A stretch of DNA of 64,000 nt from Octopus sinensis (lineage: Eukaryota). The stretch is from contig NC_043002.1 in NCBI RefSeq assembly GCF_006345805.1, forward strand, positions 54,374,001-54,438,000, in the 5' to 3' direction. Shown here piece by piece: positions 13,316 through 25,080 of this stretch (position 1 is its first letter; each line of letters begins with the position of its first letter). The translations under genes were made by a program, and so were the position numbers. The notes under the pieces were generated by a model, which saw only the letters and a list, made by a program, of their open reading frames with translations, ran no database searches and had not been told where the DNA came from.

Positions 13316-16223
13316 TTTGATATGGAAACAAACATTGCAGTTCATGTATAATTTAATTACAATTCCAAACTATTTTACCTCCTCAAAATTGCAATACAAA
13401 AAGAAAGAAAAAAACAACATTCAAATGATGGAGCGGGATAAACAATCTCAATTTATAAAAGTGGAAGGGGAAAGAAAAAAAAAAAAAAACAACTGTCTTC
13501 AAAACCAATAGTCTAACCAGTGGTGAAAATTTTTTTTTATACATAAATTTGAATATATTCTGGTTTTTAAATGTAAGTATAAAGAACAATAACAAAAAAT
13601 TTAATCAGAAACAAAAAGAAATTTGAAGCAATCATGCTAAACAATTCAGTTTTAAAAAAAATTCACAACCCTCTAAAAGCCATGTTCAAGAAACAACCAA
13701 CATCCAAAATTTTAAGACCATGCCAAAGCCAAGATCTCCAAACATTTGGAATATTCCTTAACTGAATGCAAAAGTCAGTGAATTTTTTTACTATTAATCT
13801 TAAAAAAAAAAAAAAAAAATCACTAATTGCTTCTAGTGTAATATACAAGATCTAATGAGTGAAAAAAAAAGTTCCTGATAATATAATTATCCAATAACTA
13901 ATTATTATGGACAAAATCAACTAAACAGCCAACTTCACATTATGAAGTCATAATTTTTTATTGTAGATTCCAAAGTTGATCTCAAAGAATATTTAAAAAT
14001 ATAAAATAAAAATGATTAGTTAAATGCTCCATAGAAGTATGAGCAACACTTCTATATTAATTAGAAAGAAAACTTGTTTGAGGCCAAATCAGAGAGGGGC
14101 CCAATTAATTCAAATATAATTAAGCAACTAAAGCTATGCCAGCAAATCATAAAATTCTTGATGTTTAAAGGTGGTGTGTGTAACTGAAGAGGAACATGTG
14201 AAACAAGCAATAAAGTCAATCTTATAAGCTTCTGCAGAACAAGTTTCATGCCAATATTCTACTCAAAATGCTATAGAAAATGCAGCTGAATAATTAAAGC
14301 TATTTATTTTACTCAATGTATTTTTTACAATTTTTCTGCACAAGTGAGAAGCCTGCCTAAGAAAAGTTTTGAAATAAAAATTGAAATATGGTTAACTTCT
14401 CTAAACAACTATAGGAGCTAATGGCTTACCACTTATTTGTATAACAAATAAAAATATTATATCCTTTTAAAAATGATTTTGTAAAAATTCCTCTGTATTT
14501 TGTACCAACTGAAACTAAAACAAAATGAAAAGAATCTGCATACATGTAACAACATATTCATGGTGGTAATATGCAGAAGCTACACTATATCACCTCCCAC
14601 TGCTACACAAGAACAAGCTATAGTCGAAAGATTTCTCATAGGACAGAGATACCTCCAGATCACTAACCAATGTAGGTCAAGTAAAACTGATGTGGCTAAT
14701 GTGACATCATCAACAGCCTCCAAAAATATCAACTTCTTTATGCAGTATAACATTAAAGCAAGAGCCATCAACAGTACTGTTAGTTGGAATACACAAGTAT
14801 TATCTTACAAGAAATACAGCAAGCTGGAATACTTCTATACTTCTGATAAGGAATATTAATATATAAATTCAGTTAAAACTTTCAGCAACTGCAGGCTTAA
14901 CAGGCCTGTTATTGTTTTTCTGACAGATACCCCCACTCCACAATTAAAAACTACTGAGGAGAGGTCAAAGCCATCTACGAAAACAATAGCTTTAATATAT
15001 TTGAGCCATATATGCAAAACTCCTACTTGTTATTGGATTTAAATTTACACTAAAACCATTAATGTACTTAAATAATCATTTCTTTATGCAATACTCTTGG
15101 AAAGCAAGAAAGTTCTCAAAGACATAACTAAATTCTAGTGCAAGCTAATGATACTGTTACAGTATGCAAAATCTTTATACCAGTTCAAAAGTTAATGCCA
15201 AAACATTAACAAAATAAGCTTTCCACTTATAAAGAGCAATTTAGAGAATAAAAAAAACGTGCACATGTATACACATGCTGGTACATGTTAAATATGCATG
15301 CACACATCTGAATTAGCTTATTCAAGTACTAAACCGAGAAACATTGTAGTAAGTTCAACCGTTTCAAAAATTAAGTCTAAAAGTGTAAAGAGATTCATCT
15401 AATTTGAGCAGTCATACTAATTTTATTTCAAGAGAAAATTTAGATCTCTTAACTAAAACAAATCAAATTAATGTTAAGTTAAAGTAGGTATTAAGTTATT
15501 GTTTGGAAATAAAGAATAAAAGCATTTTTCTTTAGACTAATTAAAAATATATGAAATTTACATTATGCATCAAAAAAGCTCTCTCTTAAGGAATAAAATA
15601 ATATAATTAGACAAAGATCATACAGATAAGTTATCTATATACTCTCTCCCTGTCTATCATACACATATCTGAAATTATTTTTATAACAAAGTAGTAAAGT
15701 ATGATGGAAGAGATGGAAAACTACAAAGGAAATCTTAAGGCCAAATCAGAATATATTCAAACATATATAAAAAGTATTTGTTTTTCTTTTTCCAATAGAA
15801 TATATTTATTTAGTTAAAAAAATAATTCATGGAAATTACATACATAAAGAAAAGATCAATTACAGCTACAGGCTGTAATTATGCACACTGGTTAAACTAA
15901 ACTTTTAGCTTGATGACATGAAGGAAAAAACCATTTGGATAATAAATAGGTTTGATAGAAAGTATAGACAAAAAGGGGTGAGAAGAAAAAAAAAACTCCT
16001 ACATAATATAAACATTTTATAGTTATCACAAAAAAAAAAAAAATTTTAATAAATTTTTTTTTTTTAAACAGTTTGATGGCACTGAAGAACTTGCAAAGAA
16101 TTATTCATTCTCTATACCAAGATTTCCTCCACATTATAAAGAATGCTTTCTTGCAGAAGTCTTAAGATTTTAACCAGTTGGTAATTTAACTGAAACGGTG
16201 ATCAGATCAACATACCCTACCCT

Positions 16224-16290
16224 ACACACACACACACGTGTGTGTGTGTGTGTGAGTGTGTGTGTGTGAGTGTGTGTATACATACACACA
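16224..16290. repeat. (AC)7/(GT)n compound microsatellite
   Basis: Direct reading of the sequence. Confidence 0.95.
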
Positions 16291-17559
16291 TATTCAAACT
16301 GAACACCCTAAGTCAACAGCAAAACTTAGTTCAGTTATTGGACATTATACACTTCAAATTTAATCTTGAAATATGGACATATTTTCACATAATATTTAAC
16401 AAAAATTCATTAATATTGTAAAATTCAACTAAATAATCTAAATCTCGAATTTACAATTCATAAATGCTCTTTTGTAAATATAAATATGAAAATTTGTATT
16501 TAAAAATTGCTTGATTAATGCATTTAGGAAATGATAAAAAGTAAATCAGGTTTAAAAGAAAAAGTTAATTGATACTGGAGAAAGCATTCTCATAATTTTT
16601 TGGGGAGCATTCCAACTTTGAACAGAACATAAGCCATTATTAATAGAAAGAGTTGTTCAAAGAAAGTAATTTTACCCAACCAAGAAGGAGAGCAGAAGAG
16701 AAAGCATCATTGGAAAACCAGACTAACGAAAAGTAACAAACCTGCTTCTCCATTTTGTCCTGTAAGTAAGAAGATGTCACATGTTTCACAAATGAAGAAC
16801 TAACTTCAAAACTCTATGAAATCACTTTGTTGGTTTGAACCAAACATCATGTAAAATGAAAGAATTAAAAAAAAAATAAAACACTAAAAGCAATAATGAA
16901 AAAAAGTGCAAGAAGCTTAGGGCTTAAAAATTTTAATTATATGAATTATATTGCCTCATAAAGTAGACAAAAAGAGACTGAAATAAAAAGTATAAGCATT
17001 TTCCTTTGTCAGTGTTCAATAGGTGTTCACATATGAAAAAATATAAATAAAATCAGGCACCTAAACAATGATGAATAAATGAAGAAATGATATTAATATT
17101 TAAGTTGATGAGATGTCTGGTCATAATTCACAGAATACTCATTTTTAGACTACAATATAAATAAGTTTAATGAATTAAAAGAGAAAATGCAGTAATTTTG
17201 GACTAATTAAAAACTGTTGAGAACATAATTTTTAAGCTTTAACAGTGGCCATTGGAAACAGAATACACTATTCCTAAAAAGAGAAATTGCAGAATTAAAA
17301 AAAGAAGAAGATTAACTGTTTCACTGCCATTTTTCTATGTTTCCATGGTTTTCTTATATTTGCCAGTTGGAAGAATTCGTTTCAATGCCAGATGACATTA
17401 CTGCTAACCCCTTGCCTATAAAGTAGAACCTTGTGCTAAGATTTGTACTTAAGGACCATGTAGTTAATAGTCTAGTAGCTTAAATGTAAACTCCTTTTCT
17501 TCTTGCTTTCTTTCTTTCTTGTACATTTTAAAGAGCTATCATGAACTTACAGTATAACA

Positions 17560-17860
17560 TTTAATAAGAACATTTGATATGGCCAGCCCATTGTAGCTTT
17601 GTGTGGTGGTATACTGTGACAATGTCCTTCACTTCACACAAAGCTACGATGGGCCAGTCATGTTGCAAGGTTCACAATTGTTGGACATGAAGTTGTCAAA
17701 TGGTACCTGCACAAATAGAAGAGACCACTCAGAAGACCTTCAATCAGGTAGGAAGATGATTTAAGAAAAATGTTTGGAACAACATGGAGGAGAATCTCGA
17801 TAGGATGAGGGGAATAAAGCAAATGCTGTGGCCAGTGGAGTCGACTCGGCACCAGACAGC
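17560..17860 (+). mobile_element. RTE-like LINE C-terminal fragment
   Basis: From 17641 it reads KLRWASHVARF..KWYLHK*KRPLRRPSIR*EDDLRKMFGTTWRR, the typical RTE C-terminal RWAGHVAR..RPRGRP..W motif with stops. Confidence 0.7.
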
Positions 17861-18336
17861 CTGGTGATTTAATCCAGGTGATTTAACATGAAGCTTTATG
17901 TTGGTTTTGTAACATTACATAATAAATCAGTTAAGAAAATTAAGGAAAACCAATTACTATATAAGATATAGTAAACTTGTAATACCATTTAAATTTATAA
18001 AAGCAACATCCAATTTCAAGCTTTCATAATCAGTTATTAAAAGACTTTTGCAACAACAGTTCTCAATGCAGCAAACTTCAATATTTTATGAAGAATAAAA
18101 AGATAAATAGTAGTTATACTATATACATTTTCATTCTTCATAAAATATTTAGTCTGTACCTACAGCACAGCCACACCAATTCTTGAAATTAATGTAAAAA
18201 TATGTAATAGCTCTATACTATCATCAGCAAATGTAGTACCAGCACTCGTGAAGTCAACACATAATTTGCAAGGTTAAGTTGCCCTTCAATCGCAGTTGGA
18301 AAGCAAACTTCTTAACCACACAGCTATGCCTGTGCC

Positions 18337-19208
18337 TATAGATGAGAACAGATCAATAAGTATCCGCACTGTTGCCATAGCAATGAAGCTAAAGCATACA
18401 GAGTAAAGCTGCTTGGTACAGATTGACCTTAAACTCGTCTGTACATGCACACTAAGTTTTAACGTTCTAGCTCACTTCTGCTGTTTGCAGTAATGCGTGT
18501 TGCGTGTGATAATTGCCTTGATCATTACAGAGAAAGTTGTCGTGACAATACCTGCTCAGAGGCCACCGGAAAGTTGCAGAAAGTGTATGGAGAGGAGTGT
18601 ATGAGCCACACAGAAGTGTACGAGAGGTTCAGACATTTCCAAGATGGCCAAAAAAAATGTTGTTTGTGATGAATGTTCTGAGAGACCTGCAACCAGTAGA
18701 ACTGAGAAAAACATCACAGATGTGCATGCATCTGTGAAGAGAAATAGTTGAATCACTATCTGTGAGTTATCAGAGGAAGTGCAGATTTATGGTTCAGTTC
18801 AGTCCATTATTGCTGAAGTTGGGTAGGAGACGTGTCTGCCAAGTTTGTGCCAAAACTGCTTTCGGCTGACCAAAAAGACACTCAGTTTTTCAGTTGCACA
18901 AGATCTTGATTGTGTCGAGAAGGATGAAAACATTTTGAAAACTTTGTGTAGGCCTCTGAGCAGATATCACCAAGCTTTTGGCAAAATTTGATGCAAATTC
19001 TCTGCTCAACTTTCTCTGTCATGGTCAATGTGACGATCACACACTACTTACCTTCTTTCCAAGCACTGCTGTAAACAGTGGAAGTGAGATAGAATGTTAA
19101 AACTTTGTGCAAGAGTTCAAGGTCAATCTGTGCCAAGCGGCTTCACCCTGCATGCTTTAGCTTTGTTACTATGGGAACAATCTGGATAATTATTGATCAC
19201 ACCACATA
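18337..19208 (+). mobile_element. Fold-back mariner derivative (5' end duplicated in inverted orientation)
   Basis: Transposase remnant MSHTEVYERFRHFQDG..RPATSRTEKN..ITICELSEEV..RRVSAKFVPKLL (18600-18880). The right arm 18945-19208 is an inverted copy of the left end that also encodes EQRICIKFCQKLG. TA at both termini. Confidence 0.88.
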
Positions 19209-19648
19209 CATTATTTAAAGCAGTCTAAAATCCAGAGTTCTATTCTACTGTATGACAATCGGGATAAATGTTTTCCTTTGTAGCTTTGGATTTACCATTG
19301 CTTTGCAAGTAAAGTTTGGCAGAACGAAACTGTGCAGGAAGTCTATCAAATAAAATAAATAAAAGCCATTTTGAATTAAAACAATAGCTGAGAAACTTAT
19401 TCTATCAATTGAATATTATTAACTGAAAATCCTCTTAAAAGCAGTGCTTCAGGATGGCAACAGTCCAATGACTAGAACTTGTAAAGAGTAGCTATACAAA
19501 AAGAGGTAACAAGAGATTAAAAAAAAAAAAGCTGACTAAATTAAAAATGCAAATGTTGCATTATGGAATATCATGGTATAAAATATTTCTTTAGGGATAA
19601 ATAGAAAGTAGAGATAACAAATTCAATAGAATGAGTAGAAAGAACAGT

Positions 19649-19660
19649 TCTCTCTCTCTC

Positions 19661-19725
<65 letters not shown>
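19649..19725. repeat. (TC)7 + (TA)~30 microsatellite
   Basis: Direct reading of the sequence. Confidence 0.97.
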
Positions 19726-19727
<2 letters not shown>

Positions 19728-19924
19728 TTAAAGTATACAGATCTCAAACAGCTCGATTCACTGAATTAGCAATAGGCAGCATAATTCACCATTGCATGCA
19801 ACAGTTAGTTTGTACTGGTGAGTTCTATTTCAATTGTGTGGAAATCACCAGTGGTAGACTGCTACTATTCTATCTAGAGGGGATAGGAAGAAAGATTTAT
19901 TTCACAATAATGCAATAGAAATCA

Positions 19925-21868
19925 TAGACAAGCACTAGCAATTTGGAATGCCAAAGTTCATGAAGGGAAAAGTAGAGAAGGTGGGAGAAAGTTACCTATC
20001 CAGTTAATAGCCTTTCTTCTAAAAAAAAGGTGAATGAAATTTTGTTGAAGTGTTTCATTTTTTTTAAAAATAAAAATTGTCACTAAAATCATGATTTACA
20101 TCATTTCTCCGTATTATTTATAGTCTGTGACACCATTAAGGCCTATTTTAAACCCATTATATTGTTGAATGGAGCTCGTTGAGATCCTTCTTTTGCACCA
20201 TTAATTATTTTTCTCTCCTCTCCAGATCAAAAGTTATGGAAAGAAATGAAGAAAAGGACCAAGTTGAAGATCTTGTTTTGGATCCAAAAAGAAACAAAAG
20301 ACAGGGAAATGTTTCTTACACTCTCAAGACGTATAAGATTGTAGATAATCGATTCTTGAATTTGTGGAGAGTTTCATCAAAACGAATTGACCTTGGAGTA
20401 TTACCAATGAGGAGAAGCTGGATATTCCCTCTGTACAAGCCAAATTTCATCATGAACATTTTATACCGCACAGTAATAAGAGATTTTGGCAAATGATGAA
20501 GAATGCAGATGCCATGAGCTGTACTGTGAATGTCCTTGGTTGAAGTAATAAGCTCTGCAGTGAAATCTGGACCAAATTTGTTGAGACTGGAGAAATTTCA
20601 AAGCAGAAGATGACTTGAAATTGAAATCCAAAGGCTTTGGTAGTTCCTGATCATCTTGTGACTTCCGTAATCTAGAAATTTGTCAGAGACTGACAGGTGA
20701 CTCACACTAGGACTGTTGCTCAGGATGTGATGGACTGCTGTATCAATGATTGCAATCAACCAAAGCAAGTCTAGGCAGCTCTGCGATCTGTTCAAAGATT
20801 CTGTAAGGATACTGTTGCGGAAAGAAGAAAGGAATGATGTGCTACAGGCTCCGAGCCGAGAACATTTGTAAGTGGGATCTCTATACAGTCAGATTAGTTT
20901 CTCTCAACGCAGTGAAGAAGAGACAAATTGTGTACATGGATGAAAGCTATATAACCAAAAATTATGCTCAACATGATGACAGCTTATATGATCTGAACGA
21001 TGTGCAGGACCAAGAGAAAACTCAACACAAAGTGATATGGTTTAATGTAGCCATTATTGATGCTGACTGAATACAGCATGCCAAAAAAAAAGAAGCCCAA
21101 AATGAAAATCAAGTTGCTCATTTAATGGAGGACACTCTGCATGTCTCTGTAGGAGGAAAACAAACAAAAGACTACCATGGGATGTTTAACCATAATTTTG
21201 TTGAGTGGATGGAGAAGCTCTTCAAAGCTCTTGATGACTGAAGAATTAGTAACACTGTCATTGTGATGGACAGTGCCAAATGTCATTCTAATCTCCCTGA
21301 ATCAACACCATAAGGATAGTGGAAGGTGGCTCAAATGCAGGTGGCATGTCAAGAATGAGAGATTCCATTTGAAGCAGAAGATCTGAAGTGTGTGCTATGG
21401 GAAAAGCTGAGTGAATACAACAACTACATGTCTTTCCAGTTGTTTGTTCCATGGCATGAGAAGGAGGTCATGAAGTCATCTTTTCTCCACTGCATCATTC
21501 CGATTTGCAGCTGACTGAGCTCATATGGGCCATTGTCAAAGGAGACGTGGGAAGACAGTACACCACAAACACCACTTTCGAGTAAGTGCTGGCACAACTG
21601 TATACATCATTTCAGAATCTGGAGAACAAAACAGTCCAAGGATGCATTAACATGGTTAATTCACATCTTAACAAGCTTTATGAGCATATTAGAGTCATTG
21701 AAGATGAAGTCAGTGATGGTGAAAGTGATACTTCAAGCAGTAGTGGTGAAGATAACCTCAATAAATGATAAAATACACTACTAATGACTGTTTTCTTTTC
21801 TTTTCCCTCAAAATAAAAAAAAAACATTCATAACTTTTGAACCAGAATTGCAAAACTACTGAACTATA
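19925..21868 (+). mobile_element. Degenerate IS630-Tc1-mariner transposon with DD82E spacing (Sailor-type); pseudogenised transposase about 20236-21768
   Basis: IVYMDESY (D at 20939), KDYHGMFNH, VIVMDSAKCH (D at 21269) and FSPLHHSDLQLTELIWAIVKG (E at 21517). There are 245 nt between D2 and E, about 82 codons. Many stops and frameshifts. Termini are tentative, based on a degenerate ~45-bp inverted match. Confidence 0.85.
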
Positions 21869-22174
21869 GTTTATTCTACTCATCAAATCTATATTTATCT
21901 CTCAATAACATCAAAGCATTGTGTTACAAAAACAGCCTCAATGGTGTAGCAGACTGTTAAAAAAAATAAAAATTAAACTTTTCATCATCTAACAAGGAAT
22001 TTTCATAAAACATCTCAATGTAAAGATATTAATTTTTGGGATTAAACATACTGAAGCATTTTACATTTACTGAGGAAAATGTTTTTGAATCTTCATAAAT
22101 AATCATTGATCTAGCAGCCATAGAATTATCTTAAATGTGAGAAGAGGCTGAGCTCCTTTCGAGTTTTGAATGGT

Positions 22175-22379
22175 TTTGATTGGGCTGGCACACTGGAAGG
22201 CTGTGCCAAGATCCAGTTTGATTTGGCATGGTTTTCTACAGCTGGATGCCCTTCCTAACACCAACCACTCTGAGAGTGTAATGGGTGCTTTTACATGCCA
22301 CAACTGTGATGTAAAATTTTGCTCAGCTTGATGGGTCGTCTTCCCATGCACAACATAATGCCAAAGGTCTTGGTTATTG
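22175..22379 (-). repeat. SINE (inverted partner of 22674-22999)
   Basis: Its reverse complement aligns block by block with 22718-22957. Confidence 0.88.
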
Positions 22380-22673
22380 TTATAGAACTTGTGTCCTCAT
22401 TGGTTTAAATATTTAAATATATTAAATACCATGTGTTCAGTTTGCATTTGAAATTCAAGCTGAAAATTCTGTTCACTTCCAAATCTTTGGTATTGTCAAC
22501 TTGAAAAGTACTTTCTGTTTTTCATTATCCCTTTTGAATTTTAACATCAAGTGATGGTTTTACATGTAATCTTCACATAACAGAATTAGTCTTTTCTCTT
22601 TCACTGGTTTCTGTCATTAAACTGCAGCAATTCCAGGGCACCACCTTGAAGAATTTTAGTCAATGGGCCTCAT

Positions 22674-22999
22674 GGAGGCAAAGTGGCTGAGCTTTTGAGT
22701 TTTGGGCTTCATAGAAGCAATGACCAAGACCTTTGGTATTATGTCGTGCTTGAGAAGACCCATCAAGCCAAGCAAAATCACAGTCGTGGTAGATACCAAG
22801 ATACCAGTGTCACACAATTGAGACTCATGTCAGTGGCACGTAAAAGCACCCATTACACTCTTAGGGTGGTTGGCATTAGGAAGGGCATCCAGCTAAAGAA
22901 CCATGCCAAATCAAACTGGATCCTGGCGCAGCCTTCCAGCGTACCAGCCCAGTCAAACCGTCCAATCCATGCCATCATGGGCAATGGATGTAAAATGAT
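22674..22999 (+). repeat. Near full-length SINE with RTE-type tail ending aaaatgatga
   Basis: Head ggaggcaaagtggctgag, body aagcacccattacactc..ggaagggcatccagc, and a TGA-repeat tail. Confidence 0.85.
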
Positions 23000-23001
23000 G
23001 A

Positions 23002-23277
23002 ACTGACCCCAGTACCTATTGTTTTGAAGCCCGGTACATATTCTATCGGTCTCTTCTGCTGAACTGCTAAGTTGCTGGGATGTAAACACACCAACACTGG
23101 TCGGGAAGCAGTGGTGGGGGGACAACAAAGACACACACACACACACATATATATATATATCACATCGTTCTGACCGATTTGGAGTACCTGGTTCATGGAT
23201 TTCTTACTCTACTCTTGGATTATGTTACCTTTGAAGTATGTCGTTTCTGCGCCTTTGATTTTATATATAATATACAT

Positions 23278-23310
<33 letters not shown>

Positions 23311-23455
23311 TGCACGCACAATAGGCTTCACTTAGTTTCTGTCTACCAAATTCACTCACAAGGATTTGGTCAGCCTGAGGCTTAAGTGGAAGACACTTGT
23401 CCAAGTTGCCATGCAGTAGGACTGAAACAGGAACCATGTGGTTGAGAAGCAAAGT
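23002..23455 (-). repeat. Two SINE fragments with (CA)/(TA) microsatellites immediately downstream of exon 3
   Basis: gaccccagtacc..gctgaactgctaagtt at 23005-23130, and tttctgtctaccaaattcactcacaagg..gaagacacttgtccaag at 23320-23455. Confidence 0.75.
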
Positions 23456-23518
23456 AAGAAAGTAAAAAGAAAAAAAAAAAATTAAGGAATCATGAGAAAA
23501 GCTAAATTCTTGACTTAC

Positions 23519-23668
23519 CTTCCATACCCCAGTGGTATACAGCTGTATCTGTAACCAGTGCAACTGTGTTGACTGAAATCCATTTCCAGAAGGTAACGTC
23601 TTCAGTCATAGTATGTGCCTTCATTTTGCTTTTCATTTCAATATTGAAAATCTGTAAAGTTTTGCCAG
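23519..23668 (-). CDS. CLTC: Clathrin heavy chain coding exon 3 ([50 protein letters not shown])
   Basis: Contained in ORF 23502..23699. Acceptor ttcaattttcag|CT, donor GAAG|gtaagt. 150 nt, phase 1/1, encoding the clathrin-box-site residues ([13 protein letters not shown]). Confidence 0.98.
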
Positions 23669-23919
23669 CTGAAAATTGAAAGAAAACAACTGAGTACAAC
23701 AGTTTTAATATAAAGTGACTTTCTAATAATTATTTAGAAAACTAATAGAGTTATTGAAGAAAAAGTAATATCTTTAGCTATTTTATGTCCACCTTTGTCA
23801 TTATTACAATCCACAATGGAAATTATAATTATTTCAAAAGCAAGCACTATTCACAAATAATGCCCATGTTTCAGGCAAATAAAAAAAGGAATGGAGCTTG
23901 CCATTTGGGTATTTTCTTT

Positions 23920-24076
23920 CTCACTTTGTAAAATGGTTGGCATTAGGAAGGGCATCCAGCCATAAAAAAACATGTCAAAACACTGGAGCTTTGTGCAACC
24001 CTCTAGCTTGCCAGCTCCTGTCAAACTATCCAACATATGCAAGCATGGAAGACAGACATTAAATAATGATGATGAT
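23920..24076 (+). repeat. SINE/RTE 3' tail
   Basis: ggttggcattaggaagggcatccagcc..ccagctcctgtcaaac..aaataatgatgatgat. Confidence 0.85.
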
Positions 24077-24188
24077 TTGGACTTTGGATGATATAAAGTA
24101 TTCTTTAAAATATTTCTAGTTTTATACATCTCAATTGAGGAAGTAGTAAACACCAATAACTAAATCAAAGATGATTACTTCAGATTGT

Positions 24189-25080
24189 TCATCATTTATC
24201 ACATTTTCCATAATGGCATGAGTTAGACAGTTTGACAAGAGCTGGTAAGGCAGAGGACTGTCATGCTCTGTTGTCTGTCTTGGTATGATTTCTATGGCTG
24301 GATACCTTTCTAATGGCAGCCAATTTACAGAGTGTAGTGGATGCTTTTTTTGTGGCACCAGCACTGGCAGGGTTACCAAGCAACTTGCAAGTCAAAGTCC
24401 CGTTGACTGGAAGGAAGTAGTATTGAGGGAGGTGGCTTTGTGTTAGTTGATGAAAGATTAAAAGAATAATAGAGAGATAGGTGTGTTGCTGTAACTCCTT
24501 ACTACAACAAGGATATGCCAGTTGGAGAAGAAGGGAGAGAGAGAAACTTAGAAAGATACAGGTACAAAATGAGAAAGATGATGGTGGATATGTCAGGAAA
24601 TACCTTCAAAGTATGGGGGTGAATGTGTGTGTGAATATAGGTGAAGTGATACAGAGATTGGACTGAGTGAATGGGCAGGGTAGACAGACGAAATTGTTTC
24701 ATAAGAATGTGAGGAGAGATGATTAGATGGCATACAGGTGACTGTAGTAGTTGATGGTGAGAGACACAGGAGTGGTTCAGAGGTGGTTATGTTAGATATG
24801 TTAGGGCTGTGAGAGTAACAACAAATGAGAGATGTTAAGGATGGAGTATAGCAGATGGGAGAGAGCATGACTTGAGAATGGTGCCGAGGTGGGGGAAGAA
24901 AGAGGAAGGTAATAAAAAGGAGGGGATGTAGTATGTGCCTATTCTTCTCTCAGGTGATTATGGTAGCCAAATAAATATCAGACAGAGAAGTGATGAGTGT
25001 TAGAGAAAGAAATCTGTGAGTGTGTAAGCTTGACCGAGGAGAGAGGAGGAGTGAAAATAGAGGTGGAACAATTCAATACT
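24189..25080 (-). mobile_element. RTE LINE 3'UTR + tail fragment
   Basis: Tail motif at 24189-24365 followed by the same purine-rich (on +) UTR block seen at 3230-3840. Confidence 0.75.

Noticed and set aside
14500-14859. Longest ORF in the window (119 aa, +) and a possible 124-nt cryptic exon on - (14653-14776)
   Set aside because: There is no recognisable homology, the cryptic exon is not frame-preserving, and a TGATGA box C has no matching box D. The region stays unexplained but unsupported.
14898-14911. 14-bp palindrome taacaggcctgtta
   Set aside because: Several of this size are expected by chance in 64 kb.
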